The notes under the pieces: generated by a model
Database searches by the model: none
Told to the model about the DNA's origin: nothing
What the model saw: only the letters and a program-made list of their open reading frames with translations
Shown: positions 1 to 10,675 of the stretch, piece by piece
Position numbering within the stretch: the stretch's first letter is position 1
Layout of the letters: the number at the start of each line of letters is the position of its first letter
Virus record (IMG/VR): IMGVR_UViG_2728368913_000005
Span: 7,319 to 71,318 of that record
Origin: a virus
Lineage: Duplodnaviria; Caudoviricetes
Length of the DNA: 64,000 nucleotides
Direction: 5' to 3' (one strand)
Position numbers and translations under genes: made by a program

Positions 1-3000
1 GTATCGGCCCTCACCACGAACTGCGAGGTCGTGCCTGCCGCCCCGCTTTCAAGTCCAAGACCGAACCCGGCCGCGTACGGGATGTTGTTTTGCGTTAGCT
101 CCATTCTCACCGACCAGATTCCGGCCAGCTTGTTGTTGGTGGCGGCCAGAGCACTGGTTGTCTGCTGAACCGCAACTGTCGCGTCGTTTGCCTTGGCCTG
201 CGCCGTCTCAATCCGGGTAGCCAGCGCACCGTCAGCGTTAGACCTCGTGGCCGCTTCGGACTGAATGGCCGCCTGAACCGTCGTCTGGTTTGTGGTTACC
301 GTGGCCGTCAGGTTGGTGATCTGCTGCGCAGTCGCCTCCCTGTCCGTGGCTTGCGCTGTTTCAACGATGCTGATCTTTGCATCGTTTCCCGCGACCCGAG
401 CATCAAGCAAGGTGGTGCGCTGAGCCTGCGCAAAGTCATTTTCTGTCCGTACCCTCACCTCCTGCGCGTAGTTGGCTGTTTCCTCCCAAGCTTTGAGAGC
501 AGCGGCCATCTCGCCTTCTACGCCGTCATCCCTCGACGAGGCCTGCAGCGCATTCAGTTGAGTGGCGGTCGCCGTGGTCTTGCCATCGATCGTCGCGATG
601 TTGGTTGTATTCTTGGAGACCTGGTCAGCCTGGGCATTAGCCGACCGGATCGACTGCCCCGTGTTGACCCAGTACGTCGGGTTCGGCGGACCATTCGATC
701 CGTTGGCCGCCGCTGGCACTGCTGTTATGGCTGTCCAGAGGTTGTCACCCACGCGCACGGTGTTGTCGCGCACATAGGCATCGGTCGGCACGTAGACCAG
801 CGCGTCGGTGATTTCCCCGATATTGGCTTTGAGCTCTTCCAGTCGCTCGTTCACCGAGCCAGGTCCGTCGCCGTCGATGAGGTCGAGCCTGCCAAGCAGG
901 TGTTCACCGAACTGGCTTTCGGTCAGCTGCTTGTCCAGCAGGTCCAGAACAGGGCCTGCATCGCTGCTGGTCTGCCCCATGACGCCGATACCGGCCGGAT
1001 ACCACGGCCCGATGTTGCCGGTCCGATCCACCAGGCGCGCCCAGAAGAAGAACGTCACGCCCGCCTTCAACGACTGCATGACGTGTTCCGACTGCGGATA
1101 GGCCAGGTCGCTCAGCTTGGTGGCCTTGGCCAAATCGGTCGTCGGCCCGTACCAGATTTCGGTTCGCTGCGTATCCTCCACACCTGCAGGAAAGGTCCAG
1201 TTCAGCTTGATGCCAAAGATCAACGACGCGGCACTCAGAGAGGTTACGGCAGGCGGTAGACCCTCTTTCCCCTTGAGCTGCGTCAGGATGGAATTCCGCC
1301 AGCTCGACGAGATGTCGTAGGCGCTGACGGCACGCACGCGGGCGAGATAAGCGCCTGCATATATGCCCGTGATGTCGACGCTGGTGGAGCCGGTACGCTG
1401 CACCTTGACCCAGTTGCCGCTGTCCTTGCGCCACTCGACGTCATAAGCCACAGCGCCGGCCGCTGCTGGCCAGCTGATCGTCATGGTGGTGACGGCGAGC
1501 CCCTGCGCGATCGCTGTAGTGGACGCCAGCGAAACGCTGGCCGGCGATGGAACAACGGTGATCGGAATGACGCTGATCGGACGCTCTTCAAGCCGGGCAC
1601 CGGTGTCGATATAGGCAAACTTGCTCGGCTCGTACTGAAGAGCGGTAATTGCGTACTCGCCTTCCGCACTGCGCTTGACGCTCAGCACCCGGTACAGAGG
1701 GATAGCCAAGTCGTCGGCGTCCAACGCCCACTGCAACTGTGTGGTAGGTGTCTCGCTGTAAGCGACGGTGACGGTAATCGCCCGACCTACTACGGACTGC
1801 ACGGTACGGCCTTCAGCCTGGCCGCTGGGCAAGTTGACGATCAAACGGTCGCCAGCCTTGGCCAGTGTGTCGCGATCGAGCGTCACTACTCTTCCAGCAG
1901 CGCCAGCAATGCGTCCGCCGATCTCCCGGCCAGCCAGCAGGGAATCAGCGACCGGGATGATGTACCCCGGCAGCGGGATCGCGCCCTCCATGCCGGTACT
2001 GAAGCTGACGGTGCGGTCTTGGTTGTTGCTCATCACGACCCACTTACCCCGGCGCTGCCCCTCAGAAGCACGTGTGCATCCGATGGCTGTCAGCTCAGTC
2101 GGCTTGTCACCGAAGCGGCGCTGCAGCACAGGGTCGGCGAACGGGATGACGTCGGTGTCGTAGTTGTTGTCCGGGTTGTCGTAACCAACGATTGCCCGGG
2201 TGTAGCGCGTCTTCGCCGAGGCGCTGCCATAAGTGAATTTGCCGTCGATGACGTTGGCGCGAGTGAAGACGTAATCGAAGTCCTGGCTCCGCGGCATATC
2301 GGCTTGCGCAACGAGCTGGCCCTGGGCCCAGTAAGTCATGCCGCGATAAATGCCGGAGATATCGCGAAGTAGTGACCAGGCGTTGGCCTTGCCCTGCAGG
2401 TTCATATCGCACAGGAAGCGAGGCTCTACGCCGCCGACTCCGTTAGGGACATCCTGATCGCAGTACTGCGCGATGCGATACAGCTCCCACTTGTCGACCA
2501 TCCACGGCTTGATGCGCTTACCGAGGCCAAACCGGTCTTGAGTACATACGCCATATGTCACCCAGGCAGGGTTGTTGGTCCATGCCTCTTTCATGGAGCC
2601 GTCCCACACGCCCGAATAGGTTCGGGTGAACGGGTCGTAATTGCTCGGCACCTGCCATTTACGTGCCTTGCACTTGACCGTTACTGCCGGAATGTTGGTG
2701 AACTGCTCAGCATCAAATTCGATGTAGAGCAGCGCCGTGTTCGGGTAGCGCAGCTTTGCGTCGATGACCTCTGTGAGCCCAGCCACCAGCATGGTGTCCG
2801 CGATCTTGTTGGTGTTTTGGTTGGCGGTCAGACGACGGACGCGGATCTGCCAGCCTGATGTAGCGGCGGGTAAATCGATGCGGCGCGATCGCTCGTAGCG
2901 CGTGGTGGTTTTGCCGTCCACGGCCTCCAGCAGTACCTCTTTGTAGCTGCCGCCGTCAGTGGCCACGTCGATGGCGTATTCAATGCGGTAGCCGCCAACA

Positions 3001-3416
3001 TTCCCTTCGTCGTCCTGCTTCTGGAGCGCGGGCCATGCAAGTCGCACGCGTACGGCCGAAAGCTGAGTGTTAGTGATCGAGCGAACCCAGGGCGAGTCGT
3101 TGCGCAGCTCGACGTTGACTGTCGTCTCGTTGTCGATCGACGGAATGCCAGGAATGTACGACTGATCGACTGAACCGGTGCGCCATTCCCATTTCACATT
3201 TTGGAAATTAACGTTGCCGCTGGCATCGTTGATCGGCGTGTTGTCGAGGTAGATGTCAGCAGCCGTTGGCGTGCCTTCGAACTCGCCCTCGCCCACAGCG
3301 ATGAGTAGTTTTGCCAGGTTGGTAGAGCGCAGGCTATCGGAGGCCTCGGTCGGCGACTTCGGACTGCTGCTGCCGCCTTTTTCACCGTGGATATCGATCT
3401 TCAGTGCTGCGCCCAT
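1..3416 (-). CDS. Tail tip / host specificity protein (gpJ-like), runs off the window
   Basis: Manual translation from ATG at 3416: MGAALKIDIHGEKGGSSSPKSPTEASDSLRSTNLAKLLIAVGEGEFEG, a typical gpJ N-terminus; position after gpI. Confidence 0.92.
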   Translation of the reverse strand, partial: MGAALKIDIHGEKGGSSSPKSPTEASDSLRSTNLAKLLIAVGEGEFEGTPTAADIYLDNTPINDASGNVNFQNVKWEWRTGSVDQSYIPGIPSIDNETTVNVELRNDSPWVRSITNTQLSAVRVRLAWPALQKQDDEGNVGGYRIEYAIDVATDGGSYKEVLLEAVDGKTTTRYERSRRIDLPAATSGWQIRVRRLTANQNTNKIADTMLVAGLTEVIDAKLRYPNTALLYIEFDAEQFTNIPAVTVKCKARKWQVPSNYDPFTRTYSGVWDGSMKEAWTNNPAWVTYGVCTQDRFGLGKRIKPWMVDKWELYRIAQYCDQDVPNGVGGVEPRFLCDMNLQGKANAWSLLRDISGIYRGMTYWAQGQLVAQADMPRSQDFDYVFTRANVIDGKFTYGSASAKTRYTRAIVGYDNPDNNYDTDVIPFADPVLQRRFGDKPTELTAIGCTRASEGQRRGKWVVMSNNQDRTVSFSTGMEGAIPLPGYIIPVADSLLAGREIGGRIAGAAGRVVTLDRDTLAKAGDRLIVNLPSGQAEGRTVQSVVGRAITVTVAYSETPTTQLQWALDADDLAIPLYRVLSVKRSAEGEYAITALQYEPSKFAYIDTGARLEERPISVIPITVVPSPASVSLASTTAIAQGLAVTTMTISWPAAAGAVAYDVEWRKDSGNWVKVQRTGSTSVDITGIYAGAYLARVRAVSAYDISSSWRNSILTQLKGKEGLPPAVTSLSAASLIFGIKLNWTFPAGVEDTQRTEIWYGPTTDLAKATKLSDLAYPQSEHVMQSLKAGVTFFFWARLVDRTGNIGPWYPAGIGVMGQTSSDAGPVLDLLDKQLTESQFGEHLLGRLDLIDGDGPGSVNERLEELKANIGEITDALVYVPTDAYVRDNTVRVGDNLWTAITAVPAAANGSNGPPNPTYWVNTGQSIRSANAQADQVSKNTTNIATIDGKTTATATQLNALQASSRDDGVEGEMAAALKAWEETANYAQEVRVRTENDFAQAQRTTLLDARVAGNDAKISIVETAQATDREATAQQITNLTATVTTNQTTVQAAIQSEAATRSNADGALATRIETAQAKANDATVAVQQTTSALAATNNKLAGIWSVRMELTQNNIPYAAGFGLGLESGAAGTTSQFVVRAD

Positions 3417-3473
3417 GCTTTTCTCCAGGCATAAAAAAACCGCCTCTCGGGCGGCGCGGTCTTGCAGACGTGG

Positions 3474-4061
3474 CTACGTTTTGTCTTCGGCGTAGATCGA
3501 AGCGGAGATTATCGCCCCGCCCCAGCGCCGCTCACCGATGCAGATCGGGACCGGGTTGCCGCTGGCCGTGGTGTTCTTGGCGCTACCGAACGCGTAGGAC
3601 GGCTGGTTTTCTGGCGCTGCGCTCTGCTTGATGCCCGCCGCTTGCGGACTGAGCATCTGGATTACGCCGCCAGCCACCAGAGAAATGCCGATTGGCATCA
3701 GCACCTGAAACCCGGGTATGAAAGATGCGGCAATCAGCACAGCGCCAATTACGGTCTGGAAAAGCCCGGCCCTCTTGCTGCCGCCAATCACCGGGACTAT
3801 CCTCACTTCCCGTGAGCCTCCAAGAAATAACGCCTCTTGACCAACGTTTTGACCGTTGCGAAAAATCGCGAATCGCATACCAAGTTTATCGAGGCGCTTG
3901 ATCTCGTCTTCAAATCCTTGGACTGTGGCGTTCATCGCCTTGAAAACCTCCTGAGTTTGTCCAGTGTCAATCAATCGCCGATGTCTTCGACCGAACTTTC
4001 TGGCAAGTGAGCCGGAAAGCAGAATGGTGGTCGTAGGCGTGTAATTCAGGGCTGCGGTCAT
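3474..4061 (-). CDS. Tail assembly protein I
   Basis: LSGSLARKFGR...SYAFGSAKNTTASGNPVPICIGERRWGGAIISA motifs; GGAG RBS before ATG 4061. Confidence 0.92.
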   Translation of the reverse strand: MTAALNYTPTTTILLSGSLARKFGRRHRRLIDTGQTQEVFKAMNATVQGFEDEIKRLDKLGMRFAIFRNGQNVGQEALFLGGSREVRIVPVIGGSKRAGLFQTVIGAVLIAASFIPGFQVLMPIGISLVAGGVIQMLSPQAAGIKQSAAPENQPSYAFGSAKNTTASGNPVPICIGERRWGGAIISASIYAEDKT

Positions 4062-4115
4062 GTTTTCTCCGGGCATTAAAAAACCGCCCGGAGGCGGTTT
4101 AATGTGTTTTTCTGA

Positions 4116-4463
4116 TCAGAGGCAGCGATTCAACGAGTCTCTCAGCACGCCGCGCCCTATCTGGGCCCAGGCTACACGCTGGTACAACTTCACGATGCTA
4201 CCGCTGCCTGCCTTCTCGATATTCAGCACATCGTCCGTCTGTCGATTAATTTCGCTCCCAGCGACGATGCGATATCCCGAAACGGTCTCACTCATCACAG
4301 AACTTGACCGGTAATCCTGCCATGCGGGGTACACGCAAAGAGCAATGGCTTTAGGGGCCTTCGTCGAGGTTGCTGTCAGTTGCGGTTTTTCTGCCATCAA
4401 ATCCGACGGCGTCGAGCATCCAGCCAAGAGCGCCAAAGCCAGTGTCCCTATCAGAATTCGCAT
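4116..4463 (-). CDS. Lipoprotein moron in the tail module
   Basis: Lipobox LLAGC after a hydrophobic signal; inserted between K and I. Confidence 0.8.
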   Translation of the reverse strand: MRILIGTLALALLAGCSTPSDLMAEKPQLTATSTKAPKAIALCVYPAWQDYRSSSVMSETVSGYRIVAGSEINRQTDDVLNIEKAGSGSIVKLYQRVAWAQIGRGVLRDSLNRCL

Positions 4464-4598
4464 AATTATCCCTCATCGAGTAGGGCAGAAGATTAGCACC
4501 GCCCTGAGCACCCATCCAGTGTGGACGGAATTCCACTAGCAGCATCAATTTTCGAATGATAGCTTTCAGCAATCGTAGGCCAGTCAAAAGGAGAAAGT

Positions 4599-5039
4599 AT
4601 GGCAAGGCGAAGCTCAAAGGCCGACAAAGAAATAGCGGGAGGGCTTGTTGTTCTCGGTGTTATAGCAGCGCCTGTTTATATCTTTGACAAAATGAACGTA
4701 GCAGTCGGCTGGAAAATTCCAGCCGCTGTCGTAGTCGGCATCATATTTTTAGTATTGCTTAGGCGATGGAAAAGAAATCGTGCTCGCCTGCATTACCTGC
4801 GTTCCACATACTTGGATGAAGGAGTTGTACAGAAAATCCTGTCAAAGACCATATGGCTTGGTCAGACTGAACGACAGCTAATTGACTCTCTGGGACCTCC
4901 GTCAGGGAAAGACCAAAAGCTTCTAAAAACCAAGACAAGAGAAGTCTGGAAGTATTATCACCAAGGTGCAAACCGATACCGGTTACGGGTGACCGTAGAA
5001 GATGGAAGCGTTTCTGGATGGGAATCAAAATCGGGTTGA
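4599..5039 (+). CDS. Antisense membrane protein moron (2 TM plus small basic domain)
   Basis: AAGGAG RBS, two hydrophobic segments, AT-rich, opposite to the tail operon. Confidence 0.75.
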   Translation: MARRSSKADKEIAGGLVVLGVIAAPVYIFDKMNVAVGWKIPAAVVVGIIFLVLLRRWKRNRARLHYLRSTYLDEGVVQKILSKTIWLGQTERQLIDSLGPPSGKDQKLLKTKTREVWKYYHQGANRYRLRVTVEDGSVSGWESKSG

Positions 5040-5780
5040 GTGCCGAAGGATCAATCTTGTTCGGTCCAGCCAAGGCCCGCCGAAGACGATGATCTCGGAT
5101 GGCCTGCCGTACAGGTGGTGCAGCAGGAAGGGGCCAGGGCCGAACACGCCCCCTTCCTCGCCAATCAACGAAGCGTCAGCGCCGAGATAGATGCCAGCGT
5201 GGTTCGGGTGCTTGGTCCGCCCTACCTCCATCACGATCATGTCGCCACGTTGCGGCTGATCGACCTGGACGAAACCAGCGGCCTCGTAGTTGGATTCGTA
5301 GAGGCTTTCCGCATCCGCACTTTCCCACCATCCGTCTGTACGCTCAAATGCTTCGAACTCCAGGCCGAACTCGCGCTTGTACCAATCGGCGCAGACCTGC
5401 CAGCAGTCCCACGCACCATGCACGAACTGGCGTTTCAGAAGCGGCGTGTTGCCAGTCGGCACGATGGTGCGCAGGTCGCCCTCGGGCCAGCTGAGGATAT
5501 GCCAAGGCATTTCCGTCGCTTCGCACATCGCAAGGTCGCGTGATGACGGCCTGCTGGTCGCGTCCGGGTGCGAGTGAACTACGCCGATAATGGTGCCCAA
5601 GTCTTCCGCAGCAGCGTAATCGTCGGGACTGATGCGGAACTCTTCGTTTGGATCGGTCGCCGTGTTGGAGCAAGGAAAGTACTGCTGCTTTCGCCCCACA
5701 CTCAGAAGCAGCCCGCAGCATTCGCGTGGGTAATCAGCCGCGGCATGCGCCTGCACGGCCGCCAGGATGTATTTCAGCAT
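5025..5780 (-). CDS. Tail tip protein K (JAB plus NlpC/P60)
   Basis: ECCGLL, HSHPD JAB motif; DCWQV and HAGIYLG NlpC motifs. Confidence 0.93.
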   Translation of the reverse strand: MLKYILAAVQAHAAADYPRECCGLLLSVGRKQQYFPCSNTATDPNEEFRISPDDYAAAEDLGTIIGVVHSHPDATSRPSSRDLAMCEATEMPWHILSWPEGDLRTIVPTGNTPLLKRQFVHGAWDCWQVCADWYKREFGLEFEAFERTDGWWESADAESLYESNYEAAGFVQVDQPQRGDMIVMEVGRTKHPNHAGIYLGADASLIGEEGGVFGPGPFLLHHLYGRPSEIIVFGGPWLDRTRLILRHSTRF

Positions 5781-5782
5781 GG

Positions 5783-6532
5783 TCAGCTCCGTGCAATCAG
5801 CGATACAGCGGGAAAACCGCCAAAGGGTACTTCGTTGCCAGCCCCGAAGCGCGGCGTGCAGCCACGCGTCAAGGTGGCGTCGCAGACATCCAGCTCAGGG
5901 TTATCGGTTGGCTGCCCGTCCTTGTCGACGTATGGCCCGGTGTAGCCGCAGTTCGGCCCGCGATATCCACCGGTGAGGCACCAGTGACAAAGCGTGGTCA
6001 TCTGCCGGCCTATCGATTCGCCGCCGACGTCGCCCGGGCTGGCCAGCTCCCAACTGACATTTTCACCATCCTCATTGGTTTTCTGATCCAAGTACCAGAC
6101 CTCGATAGTTTCCTGAGTCGGATCAGCGTCGGGGTTGCCGCCAGGGAAGTTCTCGGCGTCAAGGTACCTGCCGAGCGTGTGCCGCATCGTCAGTTTGAAC
6201 TCAAGCAAATCCTCAAATGCCAAACAGAGCGCCGTGATGCGCCCGTTGACGTTACCCACGGAAAGCGTAGGCCGGACTGCCGTACCGTCGCCATTCGCTT
6301 CAATGCCGTCAATCTGCATGGGCCAGGCCCCATACTCATTGCCTTGCCACCAGATTGATTTGGCGGGCAGCTGATCAGCTTCAAGGCCGGCTGCTATCAG
6401 TTCAGCGACAGTGTGCGGGATGGCATGACCATGGAAGCGCAAAATGTCTGCGCCATAATCAGAGCCATCGAGCTCAAACAGCAATGCTTCGCTGCCTGGC
6501 TCAAGCGCCTGGATGTCAGCAATCAACGGCAT
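5783..6532 (-). CDS. Minor tail protein L
   Basis: Cys cluster CHWC...YRGPNCGY...C...C; PFGGFPA end. Confidence 0.93.
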   Translation of the reverse strand: MPLIADIQALEPGSEALLFELDGSDYGADILRFHGHAIPHTVAELIAAGLEADQLPAKSIWWQGNEYGAWPMQIDGIEANGDGTAVRPTLSVGNVNGRITALCLAFEDLLEFKLTMRHTLGRYLDAENFPGGNPDADPTQETIEVWYLDQKTNEDGENVSWELASPGDVGGESIGRQMTTLCHWCLTGGYRGPNCGYTGPYVDKDGQPTDNPELDVCDATLTRGCTPRFGAGNEVPFGGFPAVSLIARS

Positions 6533-6541
6533 GAGATGTCC

Positions 6542-6880
6542 TTAAGGGTGGAAGGCCCGGTCGAACGTGGCCGTCAATTTGAATACGTTGCCACCCATTG
6601 GGGTGGGCACTGGATTTTTGCAGGTGAACAGACCCAACTGGCCGAGCGGCGTGGTCCAGAGGAACGCTTTCGCTCCGGCGTGCTTGTCGAGGAACTCCAT
6701 GATCTTCAGGACCCTATCCTTCGTGCCGGTGAATGTGATCGGGTATGAGTCCTCCTTGTTATTCGGCCCGTCTCCGACGTCCTGCTTGTAGCCATTGCCG
6801 AACTGGGAAGTGCGCACCCGATAAGTGATATCGGGCGCGTCTCCGTGCTGGGTGGGCCAGGTAAAGGTTTCAATCGCCAT
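6542..6880 (-). CDS. Minor tail protein M
   Basis: FGNGYKQ, FLDKHAGAKAFLWTTP motifs. Confidence 0.92.
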   Translation of the reverse strand: MAIETFTWPTQHGDAPDITYRVRTSQFGNGYKQDVGDGPNNKEDSYPITFTGTKDRVLKIMEFLDKHAGAKAFLWTTPLGQLGLFTCKNPVPTPMGGNVFKLTATFDRAFHP

Positions 6881-6882
6881 AA

Positions 6883-9800
6883 CTACCTGCCATTTGTGAG
6901 CCTCCAGATCGAGCCGCCAGGTTGCAACGCTCGAGCGATTGCAGTCTCAGCCTCAGCTTTTGCTGCTTGCTGTATGCCTTTGCCGAGTTGCGTGGAAGCT
7001 TCCTGCGTGCTTGAGCTGCCTGAGTCGCCAGACGTCTGGACAGATACCGAGACAGGGAAGTTGTAGGTGTTGCTGCCGCTGCTGCCGCCTCCGCCCAGGG
7101 CGCGGACGCCGAGCTGGCCACCGGCAGTGCGGGTGAGCGGCATGATCGCTTCGTCACCCGCCTCGCCCATGACACCCACACCGCCGCCAGCGATTCCGAA
7201 GGCCGTCGGCTTGCTGACGATGCTGTTGGTGAATGCCGCGCCGTTGGCAAACATCTGCACGCCGTTGGACCATGCACCGCCTTTGGCCTGGGCAACCCCA
7301 GACCAGCCGCTCAGTGCTGCATCGCTGTAGCCCGCAGCCGTTGAACCCGCCGACGCTGCTGTAGATGCCCCTCCGCTGAGGTAACTGGTAGCCGCACCGA
7401 ACAAGCTGCCCAGTACCGCAGAGCTGGCTTGCCGTGTAGCGATCTTGGCCATATCGACCAAGATCGATTTGGTGAAGTCTGAAAACGACCCCTTGCCAGT
7501 TATCGCGAAGTTGGCGACCGAATCCTCCATGCTGCTGAACGCGCTGGTGAACAGACTTTTGGTCTGTCCGGCGACGTCCCTGGCCGATTCCAGATAGTTT
7601 TGGAAGGCCGATGATGCACCAGCACTCCAGCTGCCCTGGGCAACAGTCATGTCGTCATAGTTGGCCTGAACCGTGTCGCGCAGATCCTGCTGGTTCTTGT
7701 TGAGCGCTGCCAGTTTCAGGTTGTACTCGTCGAGGCTCATCCCCCGAGAGCCATCACCGTATTGGTTGGCCAGCTCGACCTTCTGCTGGTTGGCCCGGTC
7801 ATCTACGGAGTTCTGCTGGTCCGTCAGTCCACGCTGGCGATCGCCCATGCCAAGCGTTGCCGCAGAGCGCTGTCCCTGTTGGCGCAGCGTTTTGACCTGC
7901 TGCTCTAAAGCGCTGGTGTAGGTGGACACAGCCAGTTCTTGCTTTTTGAGCCTGCCTATTTCACTGGTAGCGAGTACAGACAGTTCGCTGTCGGCTTTCT
8001 TCTGCGCCTCCACCATCGAGGTGCGAGCGTCGGCGATCTTCTGATCAAGCTGGATGCGCTGCTCGGCGCTGGTCGATGCCTTTCCCTTAGCGGCTTCCAA
8101 TGCCGCTATCTCTGCCTCATAAGCCGACGATACATCACCCTTCTGCTGCTCAATGATCGCCGCGCGCTGACTGGCATAGGACTCTGCCGATACCAGCCCA
8201 GCTTTCTGCGATGCCTCCAGCTCCTTCTGGATGCCGTCGTAATAACCGGTGATCGACTTCAGCTGATTTTGCGCAGCGTTGAATGCAGTCAGGTCGATCG
8301 CTGTAGCAGGTTTGGCAGGGTCTTTGTTTTTGTCCTTGATGTTTTGCAGGGTCTTGGCGACATAGTCAGACTGGACTTTAGGGTCGTCCGGGTTGGCCTT
8401 CTTCAGCACCTCAACATCGCGCAGGTAGGCTTTAGTCAGCTTGTCGCGCTTCTCAGCGTTGGTGAGGTTGGAATCACTGATCAGCTTGAGACGCTGCTCG
8501 GCGGCAATACCCTCTTTCTGGCGCTGCGCCTCGTTACCCTTGGCGGCCGCGATCGCCGCCTGTGTTTCGCGCTGCTGGGTAAGGAACGCCAGTTCCTGCT
8601 TCGCGGTGCCGAGGCGTTGAGCCGCATCGGTGTCTGTTGGATCGTAATTTAACTGGCTTTGGGCATAGGCAGCCTTCTGCTGGAGCGCGACGATTTTCTG
8701 CGCATCGTCCTGCTCTCTGCCAATGTTCTTGACCGAGTCGAGCGTTGCTTTTGCCGAGTCACCTACAGCCTTCCATCCGCGCTCCCATAGCCCGAGATTC
8801 TTTGTAATCTCACCTGAGCGGTCATTGATCGCATCGGCATAGGAATCGGTCAGCAGCTTGGCAGCGCCAATGGTGTCGCCCTGCTCTTTCAGCGCTACGA
8901 TCTGAGAATAAACGGACGCAGTAAGGAAATTGTACTGGTCGTTCAGATCCTTTGCGGCAGCAACAGGGTCCTTTCCGATTTTGGCAAACTCAGCGACGGT
9001 CTTCTCAACTGACTTGCCAGTTGCATCCTCCATTGCCGCAGCGGCATCGGCCACAGTTTTGAAACTGCCGCTGGCAATACTTCCGCTGCTTGCGATCTGT
9101 GCGAGGGATGCAGCCGCCTCGCCAATAGTCCCGTTGACCGCCGCCACTTGTCGCGCCATTACCGACAGATTGCCGGAAGTAGTGCCTGCGACGTTGCCTG
9201 TCAGAATCAGCGCCTTGCTGAAGTTGTCAGTTTCCTTGGTGCCCTGGCTGTAGCCGTAGATCAACGCACCAATAGCTGCGGCAGCAGCAACCGCGCCACC
9301 GACTACAAGACCAAACCCAGCGGTGAGGGGTGGAGTTGCAGAGTTCAGCGCTCCAGCAGCCTCCTTGGCATTCTTCGCAGCGTCAGCGGCCGTGTTTGCA
9401 CCCTCGGCCATGGCACCCAGGCCTTCACCTGCCGCTTCAGCTCCATCGGCTGCCGCTTTCGCACCAGTACCAACACTCTCAAACGCCTCACCTACCGCAC
9501 CAACGGTCCCACCAATACCGAGGATGGATTTGATCTTGCTGCCCAGCACATCAAGCGTTGGTCCGATGCCGCCGAACGAATCCTTGATCTGCCCGCCCTG
9601 CTGCAGCAAAACCAGCAGCGGGCTTTGCCCCGCGATGATGCTGGTGAAAATGTCGGTAAATTGCTCGGGCAGCTGCTTCAGCGCCTGCTCAGTTTGAGCC
9701 GACGATGAGGTGGTTTTTTTGAGCGTCTCACTGAAATCACCAAGCTTCTGACGGGACGCATCAATCCGGGAGGAGTACTCCTTGAACGTATCGGCATCGA

Positions 9801-10344
9801 TGAGTCCGGCGTTCTTGAATTTCTGGAGTTGTGCTTGCTGCTCATCAAGTTTGCCGAGCGCTGTCAGCGTCGGGTTGATTTTACCCAGAAGCGCCTGGAG
9901 CCCTTCAGCCTCAATGCCAGTAGCGGCCGCTGCCTTCTTCGTCGATTCAGCAAGTTGGTCGGTCGACCCCACCAAGGCATCAGAATCAGCCTGCAATCGA
10001 CGCCGAAGCGCTGCTAGGCTGCTGGCAGAAGAGCTTGAGGCGTCCACAGCCGCCGTGTTTCCGGTGACACTGGTTGTCAGGCGCTGGTAGTACTCGCTCG
10101 AATCCAGCGAAGCCTTGGCCATCGCTGTGAGGCGAGCGATCGCCTGGTCCGTTGTTTCGTTGAGCTTTCCCTCAGCCGTTGACAGGCCCGATGCTGCTGA
10201 AGTCGCTTTGTCAAAGCCCGAGGAAACCCCATCAGCAGCCTTCTCTGCCCGCGCACCAGCGGCGGCCAGTTTGTCCAGATCGGTAGCGGCCTGCGCGGCA
10301 TCGCCGGAATCAACCTTGATCCCGAGTTCTGCAATGGTCGTCAT
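6883..10344 (-). CDS. Tail tape measure protein
   Basis: 1153 aa, Ala-rich; lambda-type GQSPLLVLLQQGGQ and MGEAGDEAIMPL motifs. Confidence 0.95.
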   Translation of the reverse strand: MTTIAELGIKVDSGDAAQAATDLDKLAAAGARAEKAADGVSSGFDKATSAASGLSTAEGKLNETTDQAIARLTAMAKASLDSSEYYQRLTTSVTGNTAAVDASSSSASSLAALRRRLQADSDALVGSTDQLAESTKKAAAATGIEAEGLQALLGKINPTLTALGKLDEQQAQLQKFKNAGLIDADTFKEYSSRIDASRQKLGDFSETLKKTTSSSAQTEQALKQLPEQFTDIFTSIIAGQSPLLVLLQQGGQIKDSFGGIGPTLDVLGSKIKSILGIGGTVGAVGEAFESVGTGAKAAADGAEAAGEGLGAMAEGANTAADAAKNAKEAAGALNSATPPLTAGFGLVVGGAVAAAAAIGALIYGYSQGTKETDNFSKALILTGNVAGTTSGNLSVMARQVAAVNGTIGEAAASLAQIASSGSIASGSFKTVADAAAAMEDATGKSVEKTVAEFAKIGKDPVAAAKDLNDQYNFLTASVYSQIVALKEQGDTIGAAKLLTDSYADAINDRSGEITKNLGLWERGWKAVGDSAKATLDSVKNIGREQDDAQKIVALQQKAAYAQSQLNYDPTDTDAAQRLGTAKQELAFLTQQRETQAAIAAAKGNEAQRQKEGIAAEQRLKLISDSNLTNAEKRDKLTKAYLRDVEVLKKANPDDPKVQSDYVAKTLQNIKDKNKDPAKPATAIDLTAFNAAQNQLKSITGYYDGIQKELEASQKAGLVSAESYASQRAAIIEQQKGDVSSAYEAEIAALEAAKGKASTSAEQRIQLDQKIADARTSMVEAQKKADSELSVLATSEIGRLKKQELAVSTYTSALEQQVKTLRQQGQRSAATLGMGDRQRGLTDQQNSVDDRANQQKVELANQYGDGSRGMSLDEYNLKLAALNKNQQDLRDTVQANYDDMTVAQGSWSAGASSAFQNYLESARDVAGQTKSLFTSAFSSMEDSVANFAITGKGSFSDFTKSILVDMAKIATRQASSAVLGSLFGAATSYLSGGASTAASAGSTAAGYSDAALSGWSGVAQAKGGAWSNGVQMFANGAAFTNSIVSKPTAFGIAGGGVGVMGEAGDEAIMPLTRTAGGQLGVRALGGGGSSGSNTYNFPVSVSVQTSGDSGSSSTQEASTQLGKGIQQAAKAEAETAIARALQPGGSIWRLTNGR

Positions 10345-10354
10345 GAGCGCTCCG

Positions 10355-10675
10355 TTATTTCGATTCGCTCATCACGAGCAATGCTTCGACTTCCAGCGTG
10401 CGGAGGTCGGAAAAGATGCCAGGTAATTCGTGCCGTTTGATGCCCGCCATGTGCGCCGTGGCCGGGATGGCAGAGTAATCAAGGCCAGATGCGCCGCCCG
10501 GCCCTGTCCGCCACTGAGTGGAGAGCGATTCGAACAGCCGGAATGCCTTCCATGAGTCCGGCCATACCTCGACCTCTTCGACGGGAATGTCAGCCAAGGT
10601 CATGCCGAAGGCGGCGAGCTCCTGCTCCGACGGCCCAGGCTCGTACAGCGCCCGGGCCGCCGCCTTCAGTTTCCC
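10355..10675 (-). CDS. Tail assembly chaperone, frameshifted GT C-terminal part
   Basis: -1 frame continuing from GGGAAAC: GKLKAAARALYEP...TQWRTGPGGASGLDYSA. Confidence 0.85.
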   Translation of the reverse strand, partial: GKLKAAARALYEPGPSEQELAAFGMTLADIPVEEVEVWPDSWKAFRLFESLSTQWRTGPGGASGLDYSAIPATAHMAGIKRHELPGIFSDLRTLEVEALLVMSESK

